From: a virus
Lineage: Duplodnaviria > Caudoviricetes
DNA: 59,970 nt
Virus record (IMG/VR): IMGVR_UViG_3300044953_000493
Span: 1 to 59,970 of that record
Direction: 5' to 3' (one strand)
Below, piece by piece: positions 39,390 to 48,468 of the stretch. Under the pieces are notes generated by a model. The model saw only the letters and a list, made by a program, of their open reading frames with translations. It ran no database searches and was not told the origin of the DNA. Both the position numbers and the translations under genes were made by a program. Position 1 is the stretch's first letter, and the number at the start of each line of letters is the position of its first letter.

Positions 39390-39800
39390 AAAGAACCTTA
39401 TATGGCCTTAAATTTATAGATACTAAAAAACCTTCGAATTACATCGATAATTTCAAAAGCACACAAGAAACTATTATCGGAATCCGAATTTTTTATATAA
39501 GATCTTATTAAAGTAAACTCACTCTTTATATATTTCCAAGTTGTTGAGACTTGACGATTTTATTGCGCCGGAGACCGCGTTCTAACTCCCTCTTTTTATA
39601 ACAAAAGTTTAAGTTTAATGATACCACGATGTATCACTCAACTCATTTGAATTTTAGAATCATTCAGTCTGAGTAACTTAATACTTATCATACAGGGAGT
39701 TCTTTTTATCCACTGTTAGAAGACTTATCTCACCGGGCAAAGCCGTCTGTTGTGCTCCTATGGGAAAGAACTATATAAACATTAAGCTTAAGTTTCTTTT
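39390..39800 (-). ncRNA. candidate ~410-nt structured non-coding RNA
   Basis: No ORF of 60 aa or more; TATAAATA at 39818-39825; terminal complementarity and several internal helices. Confidence 0.55.
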
Positions 39801-39817
39801 CTGTGATTCTACGATTC

Positions 39818-39825
39818 TATTTATA
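39818..39825 (-). promoter_or_regulatory. late promoter TATAAATA pointing into the ORF-free segment
   Basis: Exact T4 late consensus just downstream of the stop at 39830. Confidence 0.7.
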
Positions 39826-39829
39826 CAAT

Positions 39830-40003
39830 TTACCATCTTTCAGGCCGACTGAGATCCTCAATATATGCCTCACAATTTTCTGCAGGTTCTAATTCAAATA
39901 ACTTTTCCCAGTCTAATTGATGTGGATCAAAATCATTCAAAACATTAAGTTCTAATGTCACTCTATATCTTTGTTTTTGGGCTTGAGAATACGCAACAGA
40001 CAT
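39830..40003 (-). CDS. conserved hypothetical protein (MSVAYSQAQKQRYRVTLEL...DFDPHQLDW)
   Basis: Likely start at 40003; TTGACA-N17-TATCAT promoter at 40032-40060. Confidence 0.75.
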   Translation of the reverse strand: MSVAYSQAQKQRYRVTLELNVLNDFDPHQLDWEKLFELEPAENCEAYIEDLSRPERW

Positions 40004-40149
40004 AATTGATGCTCCATTGATGTATGAGAACATGATAAGATATCTTGAGTTAATTGTCAAGCATCCTTAAAGATATTTATGAAATTTTTGTGTTTTTGAA
40101 TGTGACTGTGAAATTTTGTAATTCTGGTGTCATGAGTTTTTCTGAGGCA

Positions 40150-40178
40150 TTGACATTTCAGCGAGTTTATGATATTAT
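40150..40178 (+). promoter_or_regulatory. plus-strand sigma70-type promoter TTGACA-N17-TATTAT with extended -10 TG
   Basis: Near-perfect consensus, opposite to all genes and divergent from the promoter at 40032-40060. Confidence 0.65.
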
Positions 40179-40201
40179 GCGCGCAAAGATCACAAGAACT
40201 C

Positions 40202-40298
40202 AAGACATTTATAATACATTAAATCACTCAAGAACGCATAAGACATTTATAATACATTAAATCACTCAAGAACGCATAAGACATTTATAGTGCATTAA
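40202..40298. repeat. 38-bp tandem repeat, about 2.5 copies
   Basis: AAGACATTTATAATACATTAAATCACTCAAGAACGCAT at 40202 and 40240, partial at 40278. Confidence 0.9.
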
Positions 40299-40412
40299 TT
40301 CTCAATAATATCACCTAATTGATTCTCAATAATCAAACTTATTGAGAATGAGATTAACAACTCTTTTATATTAAATAATATATTAAAAAATAATATCATA
40401 TCAAAACAATAT

Positions 40413-40442
40413 AAAAAAGAGAGGAATTTTGATTTCCTCTCT
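40413..40442 (-). terminator. intrinsic terminator
   Basis: AGAGAGGAA/TTCCTCTCT stem followed by a T run on the minus strand. Confidence 0.7.
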
Positions 40443-40500
40443 ATGATAAACAATCTCTTCAATGAAAATATAATGTTTATACTATAAAGTTTGACTCCAC

Positions 40501-40743
40501 TTAATAAGTTGAAATCCAGTCCAAATCTGCTAAATGATCTGCTACATCTTCCTTGAGATTGTTAAGATCAATCAATACATTCTCGATTGTAGATGATGTC
40601 CAACCGATTACAAATGGAGGATTATCATCACACTTTGCATCATCATGATAGTTCACTGATTTGCACTTTACAAGTACATCTTGCAGTGATTCAATGATAC
40701 AATCAAAACGATGTTGAATGTTCAAACGATGTTGAATGTTCAT
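40501..40743 (-). CDS. hypothetical early protein
   Basis: 80-aa ORF; PFVIGWTSST resembles PYAVGYSRTA in 45909..46106. Confidence 0.65.
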   Translation of the reverse strand: MNIQHRLNIQHRFDCIIESLQDVLVKCKSVNYHDDAKCDDNPPFVIGWTSSTIENVLIDLNNLKEDVADHLADLDWISTY

Positions 40744-40812
40744 TTGAATTTCAGATGAAGAATTGAGTGTAAGACATGAGAGGTAACGATCATTGGTTTG
40801 TGTAAATACTTA

Positions 40813-41115
40813 TCAACTTGGCACATTCTCATCCAAAAGTTCAGGATAATCATTTTCAATTTCAGTAATCAGTTGTGCGTCAGTATATCCGGAAAGATTA
40901 TCTTCTAAATAATATCCTACAATACGCATCAAATCTTTAATGTCCATATCATCTAATATACTATCAATATCAGTATATGAGGAACAATCGAAAAAATTTT
41001 CTTCTAAATAATCTCCTACAATACGCATCAAATCTTTAATGTCCATATCATCTAATATACGATCAATATAAGCATCAAGAATTGTTTGTCGATTGAAATG
41101 AGTGTGTGTGTTCAT
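40813..41115 (-). CDS. acidic hypothetical protein with an internal duplication
   Basis: Likely start MNTHTH at 41115; ILDDMDIKDLMRIVG occurs twice (offset 99 nt). Confidence 0.7.
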   Translation of the reverse strand: MNTHTHFNRQTILDAYIDRILDDMDIKDLMRIVGDYLEENFFDCSSYTDIDSILDDMDIKDLMRIVGYYLEDNLSGYTDAQLITEIENDYPELLDENVPS

Positions 41116-41143
41116 GATTGAAAAAGTTGTTGATTGTTTTGAT

Positions 41144-41311
41144 TTATCGAGAAGGAAAGTTTGTACAAATAGCATCACAAATAATCCGAGTGAGATCATT
41201 CATTTGATCGGGATATTTATTCTTCCAAGTATCATAAAAGAAACTTTCAACTATACATTCAACATCATTCATTAACTGTTCACGAGCAGTTAACATATCA
41301 AGTTTGTTCAT
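41144..41311 (-). CDS. small hypothetical protein (MNKLDMLTAREQLMNDVECIVE...)
   Basis: 55-aa ORF read manually; first gene behind element copy 4. Confidence 0.7.
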   Translation of the reverse strand: MNKLDMLTAREQLMNDVECIVESFFYDTWKNKYPDQMNDLTRIICDAICTNFPSR

Positions 41312-41446
41312 TGTTTTTGAATTGAAAGAGTTGTTGATTGTTTTGATACTATAGGGACACTTTCAGGGGCCCAAAGAAAAAGAAGATTTAAGAGACAAAT
41401 AATCAAATATATTCATCTAGGCATAAACCTTCATAAAACTCATTCT

Positions 41447-41866
41447 CTAGGGACATTTATTTGCATATAAATAACCTCCAGACCAATCTGCTCTGCGCAG
41501 TAGTTCTTCTCTTGAATAATCATCTAAAAGATTGTAACGAACACCTTTTGCAGGTGCATGATATGATGCAGGTTTGAAACAATCACCAGTAATCATATTC
41601 ACAAACATATGAACTGATTTTGAACCACCAAAATTTGATATGTGAAAAATTCTGAAATATTTTTTACCTTTTTCAAATACATATTCATCAACACCTTCAC
41701 CTTCAGATAAGGCATCAATTTGTTGTTGATGATATTCAACATTTTTTCCCTTTTCAATCAAGTTTCGATGCGATTGAATTGCATAAGTTTGATAACGAAT
41801 ACGTAAAACCTCACAAAGAAGTTTTACATATTTCAAAACAGTTTGAGATTGTGTAGTTTGAGTCAT
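41447..41866 (-). CDS. conserved phage hypothetical protein
   Basis: SVHMFV...TGDCFKPASYHAPAKGVRYNL...ADWSGGYLY, a widespread myovirus early family. Confidence 0.8.
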   Translation of the reverse strand: MTQTTQSQTVLKYVKLLCEVLRIRYQTYAIQSHRNLIEKGKNVEYHQQQIDALSEGEGVDEYVFEKGKKYFRIFHISNFGGSKSVHMFVNMITGDCFKPASYHAPAKGVRYNLLDDYSREELLRRADWSGGYLYANKCP

Positions 41867-42148
41867 AATCAGCGGCCAAAATCAACGGGAATGAATAACC
41901 AAATAGCACGATCTGTGCCCATTGTAAATTGATTATCCCAGATAAAATGCGTTGCTTCCTGATTACTCAGATTGCAATGATTCATCAGATGATTGACTGC
42001 TTCCTTGAAGGATGTAAAGCGAAAAGTGTTGTTCATTTGAGTTTCAGTTTGAGTGATTGAAGCACTTGTTTGCGAGATTTAAGTTTTCCTTTACAAATTC
42101 CTTTTGTATTCTTTTGTTTTCCAGAGTTGTGTTGCCAGTTTGGTGTTC

Positions 42149-42403
42149 TCATCGTGAATAACTCTTTGCGATTTGTTTCATAACATTACGTGCCGATAAC
42201 ATAAACTGATAGGGAGTCGATAACATAAACTGATAGGGAGTCACATTTTTAGAATCATAAGAGTCGTTGAAGATGTTCGCAAAAACATCAGTTTGATTAA
42301 AAGTGTTCACAATCAGAGCACAAGCATCATAGAGTGCTGCCTTGTGCTCCTCTTCAGACTTGAAAGAAAATTCAGCCATTGAGGAAAAACGATTGGAGTT
42401 CAT
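42149..42403 (-). CDS. hypothetical early protein
   Basis: Behind element copy 5; TPYQFMLS duplicated. Confidence 0.65.
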   Translation of the reverse strand: MNSNRFSSMAEFSFKSEEEHKAALYDACALIVNTFNQTDVFANIFNDSYDSKNVTPYQFMLSTPYQFMLSARNVMKQIAKSYSR

Positions 42404-42441
42404 ACTCTTGAGACACTTTCAGGGGCCCAGTTTTCATAAAC

Positions 42442-43290
42442 TTAAGATAAAGCATTCAACAGCGGATTGATAGTCTCAGTGTACGCGGTGACTGTGACAC
42501 GATTCTCAATTCTGCGAGTGCAAATATTGTAATACTTTTCATCAATCTCAAAACCAATATAGTTTCTGTTGGTTTCAATGCAACAAACAGCAGTTGTTCC
42601 TGCTCCCATAAAAGGATCTAGAACCAAATCACCTTCATTACTCCAGGAGAGAATGTGATCTTTTGCAAGTGCCTCTGGAAAAATAGCAGGATGCTCAAAT
42701 GCCGCATCATCTTTTGATGAATAATTCTTTCCTGTGTTATATTTCCAGATATTATTACGTGGACTAAACTCTGGAATAGGTTTAATGTTGCGTTCAACCA
42801 AAGATCCATCTTTGGCACGAATCGTACCTTTACCAAAGTGAGTATAACCTACCCAACGATTTTGCTTGTCACAGAGCAGATTTGCAGTCTTTGGTTTTGT
42901 TTTTTTAGAAAGGACAAACATATACTCAAATACTTGAGAATACCTGTTACCATCTCTACGAGCAGGAAATGGACTACCATTTTTTTCATAGATCATGGTA
43001 TCATGCAAAACAAATCCAAGATTCATAAAATGTAGTGCTTGGCGAAAAGAACTACCAGTTTCGCTAGATTTAATTACAGCATCTCCCACAACCCAAACAA
43101 CAACTCCACCAACTTTCATGACTCGATAGAGTTGTTGTGCTACTTTCTTAAATGATTCATAATTCCATGAAGAACTGTTATTATAGGAACGAAGATCGTC
43201 ATAAGGAGGAGAAGTAACGCACAAGTCGATCACTTCATTCTCCAGAGTCTTCATTCCATCAATGCAATTTGAAAGAATGATTTGATTCAT
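42442..43290 (-). CDS. DNA amino-methyltransferase, beta class (N4-C or N6-A)
   Basis: N-terminal motif IV TSPPY, HPAIFP, C-terminal motif I VLDPFMGAGTT, YIGFEID. Confidence 0.93.
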   Translation of the reverse strand: MNQIILSNCIDGMKTLENEVIDLCVTSPPYDDLRSYNNSSSWNYESFKKVAQQLYRVMKVGGVVVWVVGDAVIKSSETGSSFRQALHFMNLGFVLHDTMIYEKNGSPFPARRDGNRYSQVFEYMFVLSKKTKPKTANLLCDKQNRWVGYTHFGKGTIRAKDGSLVERNIKPIPEFSPRNNIWKYNTGKNYSSKDDAAFEHPAIFPEALAKDHILSWSNEGDLVLDPFMGAGTTAVCCIETNRNYIGFEIDEKYYNICTRRIENRVTVTAYTETINPLLNALS

Positions 43291-43940
43291 GCTGCAGGTT
43301 CAAACTGAAGATATTTACCGTTGCGATTGGGAAGACGAAAGTTCCCCCATGCAACTTGTTCCTTGACTTTATCATAATCATTCACAGAAATCAAGAGTAT
43401 AGTGCGAGAATTGGATTTAGTTGCACTACCACGACGAATCAAATTAAGATTATCAAAAACACCAATAAAGATCTCATCAATCAAATTAACATGTCCCGAA
43501 ATAACTTGAAATACATTAGCATTTTCATTGATACCATATTTGATGCCAATGAAATCAATTAAATCATCCTCTTTTTTTGAAGCATGAGTAGAACCAGTCC
43601 AAGAATTTCTTCCACTGGTTCCTTTAATTTCCCAAATTACACCTTCAATCGTTACATCTCCAAAAGAAGTACGATATTTTTTGACATTAAACTTATCGGC
43701 AAGAGCACAGGTAAGAACAGACTCAAGAATACGTCCAAGATAAACAAAAACTTCATTACGATCCTCTGAACCAAGTTCAGAAAATTTGATTTGATCAGTA
43801 TCAATGACTTTTTTTGCAAGTTCACGATTAAGATTGCGAAAAATCGGACAATAACGAATGTCTTTATTCAATTCTTTAAGAATTGATTTTACAATCCTAG
43901 AATCAGCAAAGAAGTCACGAATGTCAGTAGAAAGAGTCAT
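43287..43940 (-). CDS. putative PD-(D/E)xK restriction-like endonuclease
   Basis: E...GDVTIEGVIWEIK pattern; ATGA overlap with the methyltransferase. Confidence 0.5.
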   Translation of the reverse strand: MTLSTDIRDFFADSRIVKSILKELNKDIRYCPIFRNLNRELAKKVIDTDQIKFSELGSEDRNEVFVYLGRILESVLTCALADKFNVKKYRTSFGDVTIEGVIWEIKGTSGRNSWTGSTHASKKEDDLIDFIGIKYGINENANVFQVISGHVNLIDEIFIGVFDNLNLIRRGSATKSNSRTILLISVNDYDKVKEQVAWGNFRLPNRNGKYLQFEPAA

Positions 43941-43983
43941 GAGTGAAAACTGAGTATGAGTTAAAGCTAAATGGTATTTGGCA

Positions 43984-44181
43984 TCAGGGGGAAATCACTA
44001 TGCCACTTTGCAAACTGAACTTTTTATGTTGCTTAATATATGCACGTGCCTGTGACACAGTGTTGATAACATCAAGTTGTTGGCCATTGTGTATAATAAT
44101 GTATCCTGAGTTTCCATAAGAAATTGCTGCATAGGTGTCCTTATACATTTTGAATCCTTTTTTCATCGCCCCATTCATCAT
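43984..44181 (-). CDS. hypothetical protein
   Basis: YAAISYGNSGYIIIHNGQQL. Confidence 0.7.
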   Translation of the reverse strand: MMNGAMKKGFKMYKDTYAAISYGNSGYIIIHNGQQLDVINTVSQARAYIKQHKKFSLQSGIVISP

Positions 44182-44224
44182 AGCAGTCAGGAAAGAAAGG
44201 CATTCTTCATCCTCATAAGATAGT

Positions 44225-44446
44225 TCATTTGATTATAACATCCGTATGAGGATTGTAAGTGCATTTCCAACTGAAACCATCGTCACCAGTGCTCATTCTC
44301 TCACTCCAAACACCGCCATTCGCAAAGCATTCTGCCTTGTCGTGGTGATACTCTGAACTGTAAAGAAAAAGAACACCAATCACAATACCAATCACTAATA
44401 GTGTTGAAAGAATGCTAGAAATTCGTTGTTGAGTTTGATAGTTCAT
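44225..44446 (-). CDS. small membrane protein with a Cys pair
   Basis: One transmembrane segment, then C...GGVW...C. Confidence 0.6.
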   Translation of the reverse strand: MNYQTQQRISSILSTLLVIGIVIGVLFLYSSEYHHDKAECFANGGVWSERMSTGDDGFSWKCTYNPHTDVIIK

Positions 44447-44673
44447 AAAACCTCCCATTCAGTTTCCCAGTGGCAATCGTTGCTGACATTGACGAAAACT
44501 CTCGAGATATTGGTAATCAAATTTTTTTGCTTCTGCAAAGTAATCCGTCTCATATTGATTATCGTAACCAGTAAGAAAAAAATCTTCTGGATCAGGATCA
44601 CAGTATAACCTTTTAAACTCCATAGAAGTTTAGAGAGACAATTTAGTTCAAAAGTGTTAAAATCAATCATAAT

Positions 44674-45852
44674 TCATCTTTTAATGGTAGAAATTGCAGG
44701 TTGTCCATCACGAAATACCGTATCAACAACTGCCTGCACTTTGCGTGAGGTACTGATACCAACATTGTCATACACAGGTACACAAACCAGACCAAACTTT
44801 TTGGTTTCGTCACCCAAACGAATCACTCGTCCAATGCTCTGACTGAATCCAATGTAGTCCATATTTCGCATAAACAATACTGCTTCCAATCCAGACACAT
44901 TGATACCCTCAGACAGAATGCTATGATGTATCACAACGAAACGCTTACTGCTATTCTTACCCCAAGCATTGAGAGTATCGAAGAATACTTCACGATTCAC
45001 TTTTTTACCATCAATGATTGCACCAGTCTTGGCAGTGATATACATCCAAGAGTAATCAAGTTCTTGTAATCGAGCACAGAAATTTGATTGAGACACAAGG
45101 CCCATAATCTGCTTGGTAGAGCGAGCACAAATCAAAATCTTATTGAGATTCTGATCATAAATCGTTTCCATCAGATTGTCAGCATCACGTTGAAAAATCA
45201 TCTGACGATCTGAAATCATAGGTAGTTGCTTGATGACAACTTTAGGAGGTAATATGTAACCCTGTTTGACTAACTCAGGAGCAGGAACTTGACAAATAAC
45301 CTGATCATAAACCTCAGAAAGATTCATTCCTGGTTTAGATATTGTGTTGGAATGTTTCGGCGTTGCAGTAAAGAAATAACAACGATTCGCATAAGCACTG
45401 AAGTGTTCAGTTGCAGGAAAAAAGTGACTCTGAACGCTGTTATGTGCCTCGTCAAAGTAGATCGTATTCACATCAATCTCGGCATTCACCAGACGCGAAA
45501 GAGAGTGATAGGTAGTGAATAATAACTTATGATGAGATTTATGACTCTCTACCCAAGCACGAATTTCTGTGGATCGAGTAGATGATTGATGATGAGTTTC
45601 ACCGCTGTGAATGTGAAATACTTGTGCATGAGTGATAAACTCTAAAAACTCACTGGATAACTGTTCTGCAAGCAAAATACGCGGTGCCACAATCACAATC
45701 GTCTGTGGAGTTTCTGATTGAAACTCTCTGATACAATCTGTAATCATTGTGAGAGTTTTACCGCCACCAGTTGGTACAATCAACTGACCTCTATTGTGTT
45801 TCTGCATGGCATCAACACCACGAATCTGATGAGGACGCAGTTGAATGTTCAT
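44674..45852 (-). CDS. superfamily 2 helicase (type III restriction Res-like / DEAH)
   Basis: LRPHQ, PTGGGKT, DEAH, TATP, LSEGINV, QSIGRVIR; likely start MNIQL at 45852. Confidence 0.9.
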   Translation of the reverse strand: MNIQLRPHQIRGVDAMQKHNRGQLIVPTGGGKTLTMITDCIREFQSETPQTIVIVAPRILLAEQLSSEFLEFITHAQVFHIHSGETHHQSSTRSTEIRAWVESHKSHHKLLFTTYHSLSRLVNAEIDVNTIYFDEAHNSVQSHFFPATEHFSAYANRCYFFTATPKHSNTISKPGMNLSEVYDQVICQVPAPELVKQGYILPPKVVIKQLPMISDRQMIFQRDADNLMETIYDQNLNKILICARSTKQIMGLVSQSNFCARLQELDYSWMYITAKTGAIIDGKKVNREVFFDTLNAWGKNSSKRFVVIHHSILSEGINVSGLEAVLFMRNMDYIGFSQSIGRVIRLGDETKKFGLVCVPVYDNVGISTSRKVQAVVDTVFRDGQPAISTIKR

Positions 45853-45908
45853 TGTGTTGTGATTCATACTATAAGAACACTTTTGAGGGCCCAGAGTTGA
45901 TTCAATCT

Positions 45909-46106
45909 TCACGAGTTCGAATAACTTAAGATCTTAATTTGTTCTCGAATCTGAAGCATTGCGGTACGACTATATCCTACTGCATAAGGATAAGATAGTT
46001 CTGTCAGTGTAGATTTAGAATCTACATTGTTGCACACATTAATTGCACTCTCAAGTCCCTCAATTAGAGTCTCCAGAGTTGTAATCGGAACATTCACAGT
46101 TTTCAT
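45909..46106 (-). CDS. hypothetical early protein
   Basis: Single ORF bracketed by element copies 7 and 6. Confidence 0.75.
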   Translation of the reverse strand: MKTVNVPITTLETLIEGLESAINVCNNVDSKSTLTELSYPYAVGYSRTAMLQIREQIKILSYSNS

Positions 46107-46158
46107 AATTTTAGAGTGATTATACTATAGGGACACTTTCAAGGGCCTAGAAAAAAGA

Positions 46159-46737
46159 TTAGGGTTGATAATATGATGCGTCTCTTTCTTTACCTCTGAT
46201 AATATCCCCATGAAGTTTTTTACCTGCTCTTATCATTCTCTTTTTTTCGTCTCTAGTATATTCATTTTTAGTTGTTCTTTCAATCCTTCCTTCACCTTTT
46301 GGTTTTTTTGGTTTCCTTTTTGATAGGATTTCAGTTGCTTGTTTTTCTAATTTTTCTAAATCTTTTGGTTTTGGTTGTTGAACTGTTGGTACAGATTCAC
46401 CTGCTTTTCGTGCAGCAATTCTTGCTAATGCTGCTTTTTTTCTTTCTTCTTTTGCTGCCGCAGCTGCTGCTGCTTTTACATCAGTAGAACCACGCTCTTG
46501 TTCTGGTTGTTGAACTCTTGTTTCTGTTGAACGTGTAGTGCCAATATCAGAGCGTGGTTTATATGGTTTTGCAGGCAATCTTGTACCTCCTGGCCCTCTT
46601 CTTGTTCTTCTTCTTTCAGGGTCAGTTTTTCTTCTTTCTGGAGCAATTCTTCCCCCTTCACCTGTACGAATAATCTGTGCCCCAGACATAAAAGAGGCAT
46701 CATATGCTTCTAAACAGAATTGAGAAAAAGACTTCAT
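46159..46737 (-). CDS. basic late protein, possible internal head protein
   Basis: MKSFSQFCLEA N-terminus; AATAAATA late-type promoter at ~46759-46766; Lys/Arg-rich. Confidence 0.65.
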   Translation of the reverse strand: MKSFSQFCLEAYDASFMSGAQIIRTGEGGRIAPERRKTDPERRRTRRGPGGTRLPAKPYKPRSDIGTTRSTETRVQQPEQERGSTDVKAAAAAAAKEERKKAALARIAARKAGESVPTVQQPKPKDLEKLEKQATEILSKRKPKKPKGEGRIERTTKNEYTRDEKKRMIRAGKKLHGDIIRGKERDASYYQP

Positions 46738-46757
46738 TTTTAGATTTTATTTTTTTA

Positions 46758-46967
46758 TTATTTATTCTCTTCATCTAATTTGTCTTGAGTTACTTTACTG
46801 CCTCTTGATACAAGATCATTTTCATAAAAATAAGCAACTCGATCACGTCTTGCTTGAAGAAGAAGATTATATTCTTCTTGTTGTTGTTTCGTAAATTGAA
46901 AATTTTGTTTTCTCCAGGATACTTCGAGTTCACGAAGATGTGGAAGAACATTTAGAGTGTCAGTCAT
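46758..46967 (-). CDS. hypothetical protein
   Basis: WRKQNFQFTKQQQEEY...ARRDRV. Confidence 0.75.
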   Translation of the reverse strand: MTDTLNVLPHLRELEVSWRKQNFQFTKQQQEEYNLLLQARRDRVAYFYENDLVSRGSKVTQDKLDEENK

Positions 46968-47098
46968 TTACTTGTTGAGAGGTGATTTATAGAAGGATTT
47001 GAATACTGAAACTAAAATAATGAAGGTTGAGATGACACCAACGAAACCCAAATAGGTAACGGCATCACCAGTGAAGTTCAAGGTTGCGGGATTCATAA

Positions 47099-47230
47099 TC
47101 AATAATCAATGTTGGATTTAAGATATTCATTGATATCGAAATTTTCATCTTGTTCGATAGACTCATTCATTTCTTCAACAAAATCAAAAGAAGAAAATTC
47201 TTCAATCGAAAGATCATCAAAATCGTCCAT
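47099..47230 (-). CDS. 43-aa highly acidic protein
   Basis: MDDFDDLSIEEFSSFDFVEEMNESIEQDENFDINEYLKSNIDY; first gene behind element copy 8. Confidence 0.7.
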   Translation of the reverse strand: MDDFDDLSIEEFSSFDFVEEMNESIEQDENFDINEYLKSNIDY

Positions 47231-47288
47231 TTTGAATTCCAAGGTTAATGTTTTCATAATAAGAACACTTTCAGGGGCCCAAACTTAT

Positions 47289-47477
47289 TCATTTATAACT
47301 TTCCTTAAAAAGTCTTATTTGATTCCAATCTTTTTTATAAACTAAAACACAAATATCAGCAGCACGATGTGTTCCTACCGAGGTACATACACTTACATAT
47401 TCATCACAAACGAATCGAATTTCTCCGATCCATTCTTTATATTGAACAAAAACACCCTCGGAAAATATTGATTTCAT
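47289..47477 (-). CDS. hypothetical protein
   Basis: GEIRFVCDEYVSVC; SH3-like size. Confidence 0.7.
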   Translation of the reverse strand: MKSIFSEGVFVQYKEWIGEIRFVCDEYVSVCTSVGTHRAADICVLVYKKDWNQIRLFKESYK

Positions 47478-47628
47478 GAAATTAAAGTTTATTTTTTTTC
47501 AATAAAACTTTTCAGTTGTTGAATTTCACCTTCATATTCACGAATTTTTTTCTCAAGATATTCAATTCGAGTTTGATGTTGTTCACGAAGTTTTTGAAAC
47601 GTTTCATTTAGATTCATTACATTACAAC

Positions 47629-47871
47629 TCATGTCAAAAATGCCTCGACAACTTTAGATTCAGTTTCTTTCAAGAGAATAAATCTTGGTGCCTTTATGAT
47701 ATTTTCACGCAAATCTGTGTAGTATTTCTCATAGAAGTTATGATTGTCCTTCTCAGTAATCAAATCAAAACACTCATTATCATCTTCTGCGATAACATTC
47801 CAAAGTCCACCATACTCACTAATAGGATAAGGACAATAATGTTGAACGATGTAAAGAAACTTTTGCGTCAT
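47629..47871 (-). CDS. hypothetical protein
   Basis: SEYGGLWNVIAEDDNEC. Confidence 0.75.
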   Translation of the reverse strand: MTQKFLYIVQHYCPYPISEYGGLWNVIAEDDNECFDLITEKDNHNFYEKYYTDLRENIIKAPRFILLKETESKVVEAFLT

Positions 47872-48468
47872 TTATTTATTTGTTTACCTCATTATTATAG
47901 AAGTTCTCATCACTCTCGTCAAGTATGTTGTCACTTGCAACAAATAAGAAGCTCCATCCAATTATAATCAGAGCACCAATCGAAAGAGTAATAAAAAAAA
48001 TCATGAAGTAAATCCATGTGAAATTGCTTGTGAAATAATTTCAACGTAAGAATGTGAACGCAAAGGAATGTTACGTTCGATTAGATAATCCTCGGCATCT
48101 TCTGCCAGGGATTCTATTTCTTCGTGAGAGAGATAATCGAGATCAATCATTTTTTGTCAAGAATGAATTCTTGTAATATGTAGTCACAAGTGACTTGATA
48201 TTTTGCTGCTTGTTCTTCAATTTTTTTCCAATAAGCATCATTTTCATGCTCACAAAACAAATCAAGAATAGATTCTGACAGGTAATTTTCTTCGTTCATT
48301 TAGAATAACGGCAATTTGAATGTGATTGAGAAAGTTCAGCACATACTTTATCATAAGCATTGAATAATTTTTTATCTCTATGAATTAGAAAAGAATTCCA
48401 TACAAGAATTGCAATTACTGCAAGAAAGATGTAAGTGGTTTTCATAATTAACTCCTATGCTTATGAAA

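Noticed and set aside
39238-39800. tmRNA (including the permuted two-piece form), RNase P RNA or group I intron
   Set aside because: The acceptor G-U pair is at position 5, not 3:70; both acceptor strands lie within 78 nt; no tag reading frame, RNase P GAGGAAAGUCC motif or interrupted host gene was seen. A covariance search is still needed to exclude these fully.
40202-40298. 38-bp repeats as a mini-CRISPR
   Set aside because: Units are directly adjacent with no unique spacers.
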